Positions 40,254 through 49,922 of a stretch of 64,000 bases of DNA are shown here, in pieces (the first letter of the stretch is position 1; every line of letters starts with the position of its first letter). The stretch covers positions 2,720,001 through 2,784,000 of the forward strand of contig CBDDDZ010000005.1 of NCBI GenBank assembly GCA_965226795.1, written 5' to 3'. The stretch comes from Candidatus Latescibacterota bacterium (GTDB lineage: Bacteria > Latescibacterota > UBA2968 > GCA-2709665). The translations under genes were made by a program, and so were the position numbers. Under the pieces are notes generated by a model. It did no database searches, was not told where the DNA came from, and saw only the letters and a program-made list of their open reading frames with translations.

Positions 40254-40892
40254 ATGGAAGATCAACGATCTCCCGAGAGGCTATCCAAGCTGCTGTCTCT
40301 AATGCTTCGGCATCGGCCGGAAGAGTTCGGCATCGAGGTCGACGGGTACGGCTATGCGGATTTCCACGCGGTGTTAACTGCACTGAAGAAACAGGATGAA
40401 GATATCGAAGCCGGAGATGTGGAAGCACTGATATACAGGGCCGAAAAGCAACGGTTCGAGATTGTCGAAGGGCGAATTCGGGCGCGCTATGGTCATAGCT
40501 TTGCCATGGAACTGGGAACCGACCCCGTGGAACCTCCTGAACACCTCTACAAGGGCTCAGGCGAATCCGAAGTGAAAGAAATTCTGAGATCGGGCCTGAA
40601 GCCCGTAGACAGGCAGTACGTACACCTCTCGTTCGAAGCCGATGTCGCGCAGAGGTTGGCAGGACACAGGCGCGGGCCAGGGGTTGTGATACGGGTGGAG
40701 GCGCGCCGGGCGGCCGCGGACGGTATTCAATTTTTCGATTGTGGACCCACGATCCTTGCACGGGAGATTCCATCGGAATTTCTCTCCATGGATGAGAGAC
40801 CGACCGTGGCGGTGGATGGCGGCGTGACGAAGCAACAAAGTGAGGGTCCGGTGACGTACGGAAGAAAACGCAGATTCAGGTCCCGGCGATAG
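40254..40892 (+). CDS. kptA: RNA 2'-phosphotransferase (Tpt1/KptA)
   Basis: SKLLSLMLRH, KQRFE, IRARYGHS and GLKPVDRQYVHLS. Confidence 0.92.
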   Translation: MEDQRSPERLSKLLSLMLRHRPEEFGIEVDGYGYADFHAVLTALKKQDEDIEAGDVEALIYRAEKQRFEIVEGRIRARYGHSFAMELGTDPVEPPEHLYKGSGESEVKEILRSGLKPVDRQYVHLSFEADVAQRLAGHRRGPGVVIRVEARRAAADGIQFFDCGPTILAREIPSEFLSMDERPTVAVDGGVTKQQSEGPVTYGRKRRFRSRR

Positions 40893-41010
40893 CACCCACA
40901 CCCGGCTGCCCTGCAGACGCTGGTCAGAAATAGGGCTGTTTCCGATCAGTTCGGCGATCTTTCCCATGCCTCTCCCCTTCATTTTATCCTCGACGGGAGA
41001 TGGACATCCG

Positions 41011-41907
41011 ATGGCAAAAGAAGAACGGGCTAGAGCCCACGCGTTGTTGAAAACCGCCGCGAAACTCTCCGGCGAGATTGGCGCCGATCTCGTGTTGCTC
41101 TTGGCGGATTCCGGCGTGAACCGTACCGCCGTGCAAGCCCTGAATGAAGTCTGTCCGGTGCTGCTGGTCACCCGACACAATCGGTTTCTTCAGGGCATTG
41201 ACGGCGTGGGCATCCACAGGTTGAGGTTCGATTTTGACCTTGACGATGTTTCCTATTTCGAACGGGTACGACAGGGCATTGTGCTGGGCATGGAGGGCGG
41301 CCACATTAAAAAGGGCAGCCAGCTGATCTGCCTTACTAATGTCATGGGACACGGTGGTGTGGATACGCTGATGACCGTGGACACCCGCTGGGCGTTCGAG
41401 GATTTCGATCCGGAAAGTCTGGCGATGCTGGCCGGCGATCTGCCCATTGAAGTTGTCAAATCTGTGCTGGATATCGCCCTTGACATCGGAAGGGAGGGCC
41501 GGGAAGGAGAACAGATTGGCACCCTCTTCGTCCTTGGTGATTCGGACCGCGTCCTGGCTAATTCACGCGTGATGACGTATGATCCGTTCCGCGGGTACTC
41601 AAAACGGGAGCGGAACATCTGCGACCCCGACAACCGGGAAGGCGTGAAGGAGGTTGCCCTGATGGACGGCGCCTTCATCGTCCATCAGGATGGCGTTATA
41701 CGCTCAGGTTGTCGTTATATCACCTCCTATGTGAGGGGTCTCACCCTGCCCAAGGGACTCGGCGCACGGCACGTTGCGGCAGCGGCGGTAACCAAAAACA
41801 CCAACGCCATCGCGGTGGCGGTTTCGGAATCGACCGGAACGGTCCGTGCTTTTAAATGCGGAGAGATTGTGCTTCGGCGAGATCCGAACCGCCGAACCGC
41901 CCGTTAA
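41011..41907 (+). CDS. Soluble diadenylate cyclase (DisA_N/DAC domain), DacZ-like architecture
   Basis: IGREGREG, GTLFVLGD, LMDGAFIV, GLGARHVAA and VSESTG; N-terminal alpha/beta domain without TM. Confidence 0.88.
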   Translation: MAKEERARAHALLKTAAKLSGEIGADLVLLLADSGVNRTAVQALNEVCPVLLVTRHNRFLQGIDGVGIHRLRFDFDLDDVSYFERVRQGIVLGMEGGHIKKGSQLICLTNVMGHGGVDTLMTVDTRWAFEDFDPESLAMLAGDLPIEVVKSVLDIALDIGREGREGEQIGTLFVLGDSDRVLANSRVMTYDPFRGYSKRERNICDPDNREGVKEVALMDGAFIVHQDGVIRSGCRYITSYVRGLTLPKGLGARHVAAAAVTKNTNAIAVAVSESTGTVRAFKCGEIVLRRDPNRRTAR

Positions 41908-42024
41908 ACGGTCGGTTCGGGTTGCTGTACACGGGGTGAGAAAAGGCTGGTTAAGGAAAATTAACGAAACGGGGATCCCGGGGAACCATTGCCACTTCCA
42001 GCGGGACCCATCGGAAGAAGTTCG

Positions 42025-42528
42025 ATGAAGATTCGGTTGATGCGGTGCAAAAACGGTATAAAGGCCACCATTGGGGATAATGTTCACACGGTAGCCCGGG
42101 TCGCCAGGGCGTTCCCCAGAAGCAATCCCGGTCACTTCGTGGGCTTATTGGGCGAAGACGGTCATGAGATTTGTCTGATTGACAATCCCGGCACCCTGGA
42201 CAGAAGATCTCAGGACGTACTGGATGCTGCGTTGAAGGACGCCTACTTTATCCCCCGGATTCGGGAGATTCTATCGATGACACCTCGTGGGACCGGAGGT
42301 GTTTGGGCCGTAGTTGCGGAAGATGGAGAATTGGTGTTCCGGACGCAGGACCGTGAGGCGCTGGATGGTTCGGAACCGCCGTCGATCACCGTAACGGACG
42401 AGAACGGCAGGCGTTATCTGATCGAGGATTACTGGGCAATGGACCGGGAAAGTCGAAACACAATCCGCGATCTCGTTCCGGATGAGGTTTTACGGCGCCG
42501 GGCGAGGCTTGTTTCAGTCCGCCGCTAA
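42025..42528 (+). CDS. DUF1854-domain protein
   Basis: RAFPRSNP...VGLL...GHEICLI...YFIPRIREI...ITVTDENGRRYLI pattern. Confidence 0.8.
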   Translation: MKIRLMRCKNGIKATIGDNVHTVARVARAFPRSNPGHFVGLLGEDGHEICLIDNPGTLDRRSQDVLDAALKDAYFIPRIREILSMTPRGTGGVWAVVAEDGELVFRTQDREALDGSEPPSITVTDENGRRYLIEDYWAMDRESRNTIRDLVPDEVLRRRARLVSVRR

Positions 42529-42555
42529 GCGCACGCCTGTAAAAGGGGTGCAGGT

Positions 42556-43866
42556 ATGGAGGTAAGGCAAAGCAGGTTTTTGATTTCAGGAATCTTGATC
42601 GGAATGTGTGCAATCGGCATGCTGGCACTGGGTGAAGCTCGGTACCGGATGCCACTTTTTTTTGTACTATTCGGCCTGTGGATGATTTTCTACATGGCGG
42701 CTGTCTGTCATTGTACGACAGCCTATCTCAAGACAGTGGTGCTGTTTGGAGTTTTATTCCGGGTCATTATGCTTTTTTCACCGCCCGGCCTCTCGGATGA
42801 CGTGTATCGGTACCTCTGGGACGGGCGTGTCCAGGCTGCGGGGATCAACCCTTACGCGTATCCACCGGCTTCGGAGGAACTCGCATATCTGAGAGACGGT
42901 AAGGTTTTCCCCCAGGTAAACCATCCCGATGTGCCTACCATTTATCCGCCACTGGCTCAGATATTCTTCCGAATATGTAATTTCATAAATCCGTCGATCT
43001 GGACTATAAAGGCGGCTCTGGTCCTTTTCGATCTGCTAACCGCCTGGTTTCTGCTGGGGTTGATACGGCTTTACGATCAGCATCCGGGACAATTGCTCAT
43101 TTACCTCTGGCATCCTCTGTTGCTTGTTGAGGTGGCAGGCAACGGCCATATAGACGCAATGGGCACAGCCTTCATGGTGGTTGCATTCCTTTATCTTCAA
43201 GTCGGGGGTTACGCGAGGGCATTCGCGGCGCTGGCCCTCTCGTGTTTGAGCAAGTTCTTTGCCATCTGCCTGGTTCCGGTTTTCTGGCGGTGGATCTGCG
43301 GGAGAACTGCCCGAAGATCTGAAGGGCGGCTACCGGCCGGCTTCAGGCCGCAAACCGTCTGGCCGGTCGTGATCTTCGCGGTGCTGTTAGCCGTTGGATA
43401 CCTTCCATACCACGAAGCAGGAGAAAACCTGTTTACAGGGTTGTTGGTATATGCCGAACACTGGAGCTTCAACGCACCTGTCTTTGACCTCCTGAGCCAT
43501 CTATTGGAAAGTCCGTTTCGGGCTCGCGCCGTCATCGCCGTTGTGTTTGCAGGGGCGGTGATTCTTTTCACGTTCAGTCGGATGCCGCCGATCCAGGCAG
43601 GATTTTTCCTCGTTGGCGCCTTCTTGTTACTTACGCCGACATTGCACCCATGGTATGCCATCTGGATTATACCCTTCATGGTATTTTACAGGCAACCGGC
43701 GTGGCTCATATTTACCGGTCTTATCCCAATCTCGTATCACGTCCTGATAAAATATGCGAGCGAAGGGATATGGGAGGAGGCGGTCTGGGTGAAGTTCGTG
43801 CTATTCGGCGGATTCGTCCTTGTCTGGGCACTCGAAAGGATAAAGCGACGACGCGTTGGGACTTGA
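42556..43866 (+). CDS. GT-C glycosyltransferase (GT87/DUF2029-like)
   Basis: LSDDVYRYLWDG, GINPY, TIYPP, WHPL...GNGHID and HPWY; many TMs. Confidence 0.88.
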   Translation: MEVRQSRFLISGILIGMCAIGMLALGEARYRMPLFFVLFGLWMIFYMAAVCHCTTAYLKTVVLFGVLFRVIMLFSPPGLSDDVYRYLWDGRVQAAGINPYAYPPASEELAYLRDGKVFPQVNHPDVPTIYPPLAQIFFRICNFINPSIWTIKAALVLFDLLTAWFLLGLIRLYDQHPGQLLIYLWHPLLLVEVAGNGHIDAMGTAFMVVAFLYLQVGGYARAFAALALSCLSKFFAICLVPVFWRWICGRTARRSEGRLPAGFRPQTVWPVVIFAVLLAVGYLPYHEAGENLFTGLLVYAEHWSFNAPVFDLLSHLLESPFRARAVIAVVFAGAVILFTFSRMPPIQAGFFLVGAFLLLTPTLHPWYAIWIIPFMVFYRQPAWLIFTGLIPISYHVLIKYASEGIWEEAVWVKFVLFGGFVLVWALERIKRRRVGT

Positions 43867-43884
43867 GAAGTTGGCTTCAAAATT

Positions 43885-44077
43885 CCTGGTGCGTCCTCGA
43901 GCGCGAGCGAAAGGGTGTCGGTTAGGCGGCGAGAGAGGCACGCAGAGCCGACGGGCGAATCCGCCTGTGAGAGGTGAGAGGCGCACAGCCTCGACTGGAA
44001 ACGGGTGGATTTGACCACAAACGCTTTTGCGGCCACGCGAAGGCCGCTGGGGGTTTAAGGCAGCTTCCGAGATCAGG
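43885..44077 (+). ncRNA. Candidate structured non-coding RNA (~195 nt), family unassigned; divergent 6S RNA is one possibility
   Basis: No credible ORF; ends pair (CCTGGT/ATCAGG, CTCG/CGAG); internal stems GCGAAAG/CTTTTGC, GTCGGTT/AGCCGAC, GGGCG/CGCCT, CTGTG/CACAG, CTG-GAAA-CGG, GTGG/CCAC and GCGGCC/GGCCGC; followed directly by a terminator. Confidence 0.6.
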
Positions 44078-44081
44078 CAGG

Positions 44082-44113
44082 AAACGCCGCCCGGAATGAA
44101 CGGCGTTTTTTTT
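44082..44113 (+). terminator. Intrinsic terminator (possibly bidirectional)
   Basis: AAACGCCG-loop-CGGCGTTT continuing into an 8-T tract. Confidence 0.8.
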
Positions 44114-44180
44114 ATTGGTACACAGCCGATAATGGTGGTAGGCAGCGAAAGGTAAGGGTGTTCCGAGCGACTCCTGCATT

Positions 44181-47100
44181 CTATGCCGCACTGCCGAACA
44201 GGAGAGCAAATCGCAGGAAATCCGAGAAAGCGACTCTACCATTGTCGTCCAGATCGAACCGGGAATCGGTGGATCCGAAAGCGCGCACAAAGAGCAGAAA
44301 GTCCGAGAAGTCGACCCGACCATTGCTGTCGAAATCAGCCTTGCCTGCGGCGGTGAAAACGCTCTGGCCGGTTTCAAAAGTGATGCTGGTGTATCCGGGC
44401 GCGAGGGGGACGCCTGACGTGTCCGCTGCAGTGGAAAGAGTAAGGCTGTAGGCACGACCGGCTTCAAAGGGTTCCGAAAACGACAACAGGACACGTCGGC
44501 TCGTGCGGTCCAGAATTGCGGAGGTCGGGCGCCCCAAATCAGGAGCGGCAGTATATCCGTTTGGATCGGCCGTTTCGGCTGACATCGGTTCATTGAATGT
44601 CAGTGAGAGGTTGTTCTCCGTTAGGACCTCGACACGATTCAGTTCCGGAGCCGGGTTGGGGCGCAGTGTGTAAGTCTCTGAACGGATTTCATCACCGTCG
44701 GTCAGAATGGCGACCACAACGTAACGGTAGATTCGGTTTTCAGTAAGGCCGGTGTCCGTGTGGGCATTGACCGTCAGATTGTCAACGAGTAGAGTCGGTG
44801 TTTCTTTGCCAATGCCGCGCAGGACGCGATAGGTGGCGGCGTTGGCCAATTGCACCCATATGAGCCGGACGCTGTCTGGTCCAAGTGGACAGGCGCGAAG
44901 AAGCTGAAGAGTGCGACCGATGGAATGTTCGGTTCGTTCCATCAGACGCACCGCGCCGTCCCGGTTGTAGAGAAGCTCGGCGTACCCGTCTCGGTCCAGA
45001 TCCGCGATGAGGGGACGGTACGTGACCGAAACGGTTTCGTGCCAGACGGGCTCGTAGGCATCCGGCCCAGTCGCACGAATGATGTAGAGATCCGGTCGCA
45101 GACAGACGGCCAGGTCGGGTACGCCGTTGCCGTCCACGTCGCCGGTTGAAATGCCGTTACCCGTTGAAATCACGCCCGAGACACGAATCGACCACTCCAG
45201 AGCGTAGGAGGAGCGGCCGTCCCAGCTGTAGATTTCGAGGTTCCAGCGACCGTTGAGCGCGTCGTTACGGTCTTCCTCCGCACGGGCGACTGCGAATTCC
45301 ACGTTGCCGTCACCGTCAATATCGGCGCCGCCGCCTAACCATTTGGTGTTGGAACTGTCATTACCCGCTAATTTCCAGGTCTGCACGAAGCCGCCACCCT
45401 GCAGGGCTTCGTAGATCCAGAGGTCTCCGTCGTGGTCCCCGGAGAGAATTTCTTTCCGGCCGTTGTTGTTTAAATCCGCAATGACAAACCGGGGGCCGGG
45501 CAAGTTGAAGCCTTCGGTCGGGTTCGGGAGCAGGGCGGTTTCCACGAAAGCACCTTCCCGCGTACTTTTCAGTATCCGAATGCCCGGCGTAAGAGTTGAC
45601 CGGACCACGATCTCATTTCTGCCGTCGCCATCGATATCGGCGATTTCGCCACCCTCGGATTCAGCTAGGTCCAGAAGGGTTTCGGAAGGAAAGGAAGTCC
45701 CGCCAAAGAGCCGGAGGCGCGCGATGCTGGTGCCGGGATAATTGATTCCGAGAAGGTCGGTGCGACCGTCGTTGTTTGCGTCGCCCACAGCCCAGGGAAG
45801 GAATGATTCAGTGGTCTGGAAGACGGTTGTGAGGCTTCCATTGTCGTCACGCTCCATGATCCTGTTCGTGTTGTAAGGACGGCCGCGAACGTAGGGCATC
45901 AGAACGACTTCAGGCCGCCCGTCCATGTCAAAGTCGGTGGTATCGTTGGCGAGAAATCCATCGGGCAGGGTGTCGATTTGAACAAAGCCACGGGAGGAGA
46001 TGCGCAGCGGATTTACGTTAAACGTCATCGGTTCCGAAAACACGGTCTGTCCGGCGGGGTCCCGCGCCATAATGCGGTATTCCAGGGGCCCCGGTGCGAG
46101 GTCCATGGGCAGGGTCACACTATGACGGGTGTAGATAATGTCCGAAAAGAGGCTGTCTTCTCGCGCCGCCGTAGACGAACGGTAGATCAGAGCGCCCTGT
46201 GTGGGGCGTCGGGTGTGCCAGACGGCGTGGTATGTCTGGCGGTTTCCTATCAGGATGGGTGCGAAAGACGCCTGCGAAATAACCGGTGAAGCACGCCGGA
46301 TGCTAATTCGAACGCGATCTTCCAGGATCGTGCCGTCGGTCAGCCGGGCTGACAGCCGCACGATGGCGGAGGTGTCGGCCGGCGTAACCGGTGTCCAGGA
46401 GCGCTGGACGTCACGACTTGACGGTCCCCCACCGAGGCGAATCCAGGATTGAGGATCTTCACCCATGCCCCAGGATAGGTCGTAGGTGTCAACGTCGGGA
46501 CCGGCCGCCCTGGCGACGATGTCAAAGTTCTGCCTGGCGCTGTCACCCGTCTGGGGGGTGTAAATGTGCACGACGGGGGGATTGGCCCATCGTGTGAGTT
46601 TTTCGAGCAGTATCGCCGCATCGATGCGGCCGGCGCCGCCGCCGCTGTCCCATCCTTCAGGTCCCAGGTCGATCACGGACGCGATGAGCAGCGAACGAAC
46701 CTGTTCGGTAGTGAGTTCAGGACGGCGAGAGAGTATAAGCGCGGCCAGGCCCGAAATATGGGGCGCCGCGAAGGACGTGCCGGAGGCGTGCCGGTACGCA
46801 TTCCCCGGCATCGTTGTGAGTGTGCCGGCACCGGGCGCGACCAGGTCCAGCGGGACTCCCCGGCTGCTGAAAGCGGCAATCCGGTCCTGGGGCGCCGTGG
46901 CGCCCACGGCAATGGTTTCGTCCATGGCTGCGGGGTAGGACAGACCGAATTCCCCGCTATTTCCAGCGGAACTGACGAGGACAAGGCCACTCGCAGCCGC
47001 GTAGCGCACCGCGTCGTGGATAAGGAACGCGCTTTCAGGTCCCCCCCAGCTCATATTGATGATATGTGCTCCGTTTTCCACGGCATAGAGAATGGCGGCT

Positions 47101-47930
47101 GCAAGGTCGTCCTCCTCCAGAAAGGTGAGATCGGATTCCAGGGTAACGCCGGCACGAAGGGACATCAGCGCGGCGTCCGGCGCGACGCCGGCAATGCCGA
47201 CGCCGTTGTTTGTTACAGCCGCGGCAATGCCTGCAACGCGGGTACCATGGCTGGATTCGTCCATGGGATCGTTGTCGGGGGAAAGGAAGTCGCCCTTTGC
47301 CGGAAGTGTCGGGGTGTGGGTGAAATCCCAGCCGCGAATGTCGTCCACGTACCCGTTGTTGTCGTCATCAGCCCCTGGCCGGCCGGATGCTTCGACCGGA
47401 TTGATCCAGATATTGCCGGCCAGGTCTTCGTGGTTATAGTCCACGCCGGAATCGATGATGGCGATGACGACGGTCTGCTTGCCCGGTGGAAGCCCGTCCC
47501 GCAGGGCCTGCCATCTGATCTGCTCCAGGCCGTACTGCTCGGGCAGGCGGGGATCGTCAGGCGCGTTGTGATGGTAAAAGAGGTGGACGGGCTGGGCGTA
47601 GAGGACGTCCGGGTGCTCGGAATATGCGGCGGCGGCTTCCGCCGGACTTACGTCGGGGTCCAGTTGGAGGCGGTAAACCTGATCGAATCCGCGCGCCCGT
47701 TTGGACAGAACCGCACGCCGCGGAAATACGGGTTCGGGGGTGCCGGCACCAAAACGTGCATGCAGGCTTGCAAGGCTTCCAGTAGCGGTTTTGGCCGCCA
47801 CGGTTTTGAACTTGACGAGAATTTGTCCGGGTGAGTAGGCGGGTTGGGCCGTAGCGGAACGGAAAGCAAGAACAAATACCAGGAGTTGAAATATGACAGG
47901 TGTCACGTGCTTCCCGATGGTTCGATTCAA
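44181..47930 (-). CDS. Secreted S8 subtilase with FG-GAP repeats, FN3/Ig-like domains and C-terminal EF-hand/dockerin-like pair
   Basis: IIDSG, HGTRVAG and GTSFAAPHISG triad; DxDGDG repeats; DFDSNGRVDFSDF...DLDDNGRVAFSDF tail. Start uncertain (TTG 47930 or GTG 47906). Confidence 0.93.
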   Translation of the reverse strand: MNRTIGKHVTPVIFQLLVFVLAFRSATAQPAYSPGQILVKFKTVAAKTATGSLASLHARFGAGTPEPVFPRRAVLSKRARGFDQVYRLQLDPDVSPAEAAAAYSEHPDVLYAQPVHLFYHHNAPDDPRLPEQYGLEQIRWQALRDGLPPGKQTVVIAIIDSGVDYNHEDLAGNIWINPVEASGRPGADDDNNGYVDDIRGWDFTHTPTLPAKGDFLSPDNDPMDESSHGTRVAGIAAAVTNNGVGIAGVAPDAALMSLRAGVTLESDLTFLEEDDLAAAILYAVENGAHIINMSWGGPESAFLIHDAVRYAAASGLVLVSSAGNSGEFGLSYPAAMDETIAVGATAPQDRIAAFSSRGVPLDLVAPGAGTLTTMPGNAYRHASGTSFAAPHISGLAALILSRRPELTTEQVRSLLIASVIDLGPEGWDSGGGAGRIDAAILLEKLTRWANPPVVHIYTPQTGDSARQNFDIVARAAGPDVDTYDLSWGMGEDPQSWIRLGGGPSSRDVQRSWTPVTPADTSAIVRLSARLTDGTILEDRVRISIRRASPVISQASFAPILIGNRQTYHAVWHTRRPTQGALIYRSSTAAREDSLFSDIIYTRHSVTLPMDLAPGPLEYRIMARDPAGQTVFSEPMTFNVNPLRISSRGFVQIDTLPDGFLANDTTDFDMDGRPEVVLMPYVRGRPYNTNRIMERDDNGSLTTVFQTTESFLPWAVGDANNDGRTDLLGINYPGTSIARLRLFGGTSFPSETLLDLAESEGGEIADIDGDGRNEIVVRSTLTPGIRILKSTREGAFVETALLPNPTEGFNLPGPRFVIADLNNNGRKEILSGDHDGDLWIYEALQGGGFVQTWKLAGNDSSNTKWLGGGADIDGDGNVEFAVARAEEDRNDALNGRWNLEIYSWDGRSSYALEWSIRVSGVISTGNGISTGDVDGNGVPDLAVCLRPDLYIIRATGPDAYEPVWHETVSVTYRPLIADLDRDGYAELLYNRDGAVRLMERTEHSIGRTLQLLRACPLGPDSVRLIWVQLANAATYRVLRGIGKETPTLLVDNLTVNAHTDTGLTENRIYRYVVVAILTDGDEIRSETYTLRPNPAPELNRVEVLTENNLSLTFNEPMSAETADPNGYTAAPDLGRPTSAILDRTSRRVLLSFSEPFEAGRAYSLTLSTAADTSGVPLAPGYTSITFETGQSVFTAAGKADFDSNGRVDFSDFLLFVRAFGSTDSRFDLDDNGRVAFSDFLRFALLFGSAA

Positions 47931-48033
47931 TGTCCGGCTCCCGGATTATAATATATCGATACCGTACGAATTTGATCCACCGTTACTCACCGGCCTTTTC
48001 ACTATGGACGGCGTATCCACCCCAAGGTTCCGT

Positions 48034-49230
48034 TTATGTCGTTTGGCGATCGGAAGTTGCTACGGCGTTTTCCCCTTGGGGCGTGACGGGCAGGGCCGCG
48101 ACGAGCGCGGCGCAGGGAAGTAGAATGAGAGAGACGCACGCCAGAGCAAAACCGATGGACGTGATGTCTGCAAGGAGTCCGATCCCGGGAAGGAGCAGAC
48201 CCGAGACACCCCACGCAAATCCCATCACCAGACCGGTGGCCATACTGGCGTGTTGCGGCAGGATACGCTGCGCCAACACAATATTGGTGGTGGCGCCGAG
48301 GTCGAAAATGAACCCGGCGATCAGAAAACAAACCAGAGAAACGGGTCCGGACGTGAAGCAAAAGACAACGTAGAAAACGGTAGAGAATGCACAGGACCAC
48401 CCAAGAAGCTTGCGGGGAGCCACACGGTCGCCGAGATATCCGCCAGCCAATCGGCCCAGCGTGGCCGCGATCAGGTAGGCGGACAACACCCAGCCGATTT
48501 TGGAGATGTCCCACGTCCTGTCGAAACCTACGATGGATATGAAGCTGACACAGGCAGCGTGTACCAGTGATCGACATACCGCGATTGCATAGAGGATCCA
48601 CAGCGGCCGCATCGCCGCCGCCCTCAAGAGAGCGAAGTTGATACGGACGGAGGGTTTCGCCCTTTCTTCCGAGGTTGTTGTTTTCGACAGGCGGGATAGC
48701 ACAGCGGCGGCCACGAGACATGGAAAAACAACGATCCAGAGGGTATCCAGTCCGTATCGTGCAACAATCTGCGTCCCGGTTACGGGAGCGATGGCCATGC
48801 CCAGAGGACCGCCAGTGAGGAAGACGGCCATTGCGAAGTTGGTGCGCTTGGGCAACGAAGTCGTCACGAGGCCCCCGGCAGTCGGATGAAAGAGGGATGA
48901 ACCGAGCGAGGCCAGAACCAGAAAGACGGCCAGTATGCCTGCCGAGGGTAACGTGCCGATTACGGATACGAAAAGACCGCACGCCAGCACGCCGAGCGCG
49001 GCCAGGCGCATTCGCTTGGTCCGGTCGGCAAGGTAGCCCATAAACGGCTGTGGAATGTTCCCGAAAAGAGAAACGACCATGGGAAGGAGGGAGGCCTCCA
49101 CAAGCGAAAGCCCGTAGAGGTTTTTAAACGTGGCGAGCAACGGTGGGAACAGGGTCATGTAGAAATCCACCGTCGTGTGTGCATAGGTGATCAGACAAAC
49201 CCTGAGCATTGGACGTTGCGTTACGGGCAT
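48034..49230 (-). CDS. MFS transporter (Fsr-like)
   Basis: AHTTVDFY, QPFMGYLADR, SLFHP and GGYLGDR; 12-TM pattern. Confidence 0.92.
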   Translation of the reverse strand: MPVTQRPMLRVCLITYAHTTVDFYMTLFPPLLATFKNLYGLSLVEASLLPMVVSLFGNIPQPFMGYLADRTKRMRLAALGVLACGLFVSVIGTLPSAGILAVFLVLASLGSSLFHPTAGGLVTTSLPKRTNFAMAVFLTGGPLGMAIAPVTGTQIVARYGLDTLWIVVFPCLVAAAVLSRLSKTTTSEERAKPSVRINFALLRAAAMRPLWILYAIAVCRSLVHAACVSFISIVGFDRTWDISKIGWVLSAYLIAATLGRLAGGYLGDRVAPRKLLGWSCAFSTVFYVVFCFTSGPVSLVCFLIAGFIFDLGATTNIVLAQRILPQHASMATGLVMGFAWGVSGLLLPGIGLLADITSIGFALACVSLILLPCAALVAALPVTPQGENAVATSDRQTT

Positions 49231-49304
49231 CGGAGTACCTGGCGGCAGTAAGGCGGCGTTGATGGCAGAGGGCTGCCGCAGGGAAACCTCACGACCTGGC
49301 ATAC

Positions 49305-49667
49305 CTATTCAAGTCCCGCACGTTCGATGACGACCTCACCGATTTTGTCGTGGATACCCAAGGGGCCGGTGACCCGGAACCTGACGCCCGGATAACGGAT
49401 CTCGGTTTGTTTGACCATAGCTGGGATGTCGTGAGTGGCGTGGCGGCCGGGCGAGAGCATGTAGGGGTGAACAATAACCTCGGTTGCGCCGTCACTGACG
49501 CAGGCTTCTACGCCTTCTTCGAGAGTGGGGCGGGCGAGTTCCATATGGGCGATATGCACCAGAAGCCCCGGACGTTTTCGCCTCACGACGTCCGCAACGT
49601 CTTCCAGAATTCGATTGGCTTCGTCTCGCGTGGAGCCATGATCGACAATGAGAAGAGCCTTAGACAT
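49305..49667 (-). CDS. cbiX: Small sirohydrochlorin chelatase (CbiX/SirB family)
   Basis: VDHGS, AHMELARP, PYMLSPGRHATHDIP and PLG. Confidence 0.9.
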   Translation of the reverse strand: MSKALLIVDHGSTRDEANRILEDVADVVRRKRPGLLVHIAHMELARPTLEEGVEACVSDGATEVIVHPYMLSPGRHATHDIPAMVKQTEIRYPGVRFRVTGPLGIHDKIGEVVIERAGLE

Positions 49668-49922
49668 AATAAATTAAAAATCAGAAGTTTAAGAGACAAA
49701 CTGCGGACTGTACGACTGGCAACGTTTACGCAACAATTCGTGGTTTTTCCGCCATCACAACCAACGGGACGAATTTCGGGACGAGATCAGAGGAAAAATT
49801 CGGCATAGCCGGTGCCACGTTTGTCTCTTTAGAGATGTAGATATTACCCACCAGCCGGTTCAGAGCAACCACGGGAAGCAGAAGACAAGATTCGGCACCC
49901 GTTTCAGGTTCTTGATTCTCAT

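Noticed and set aside
43889..44080. Group II intron, T-box, cobalamin riboswitch or RNase P identity for the structured region
   Set aside because: GTGCG and GNRA-like words are present, but there is no domain V, no TGGNACC T-box with a downstream gene, no B12 box and no GAGGAAAGTCC.
46566..47834. 422-aa + strand ORF (also 54881-56125, 19049-20131 and 23396-24622)
   Set aside because: Antisense shadows of well-supported genes in GC-rich DNA.
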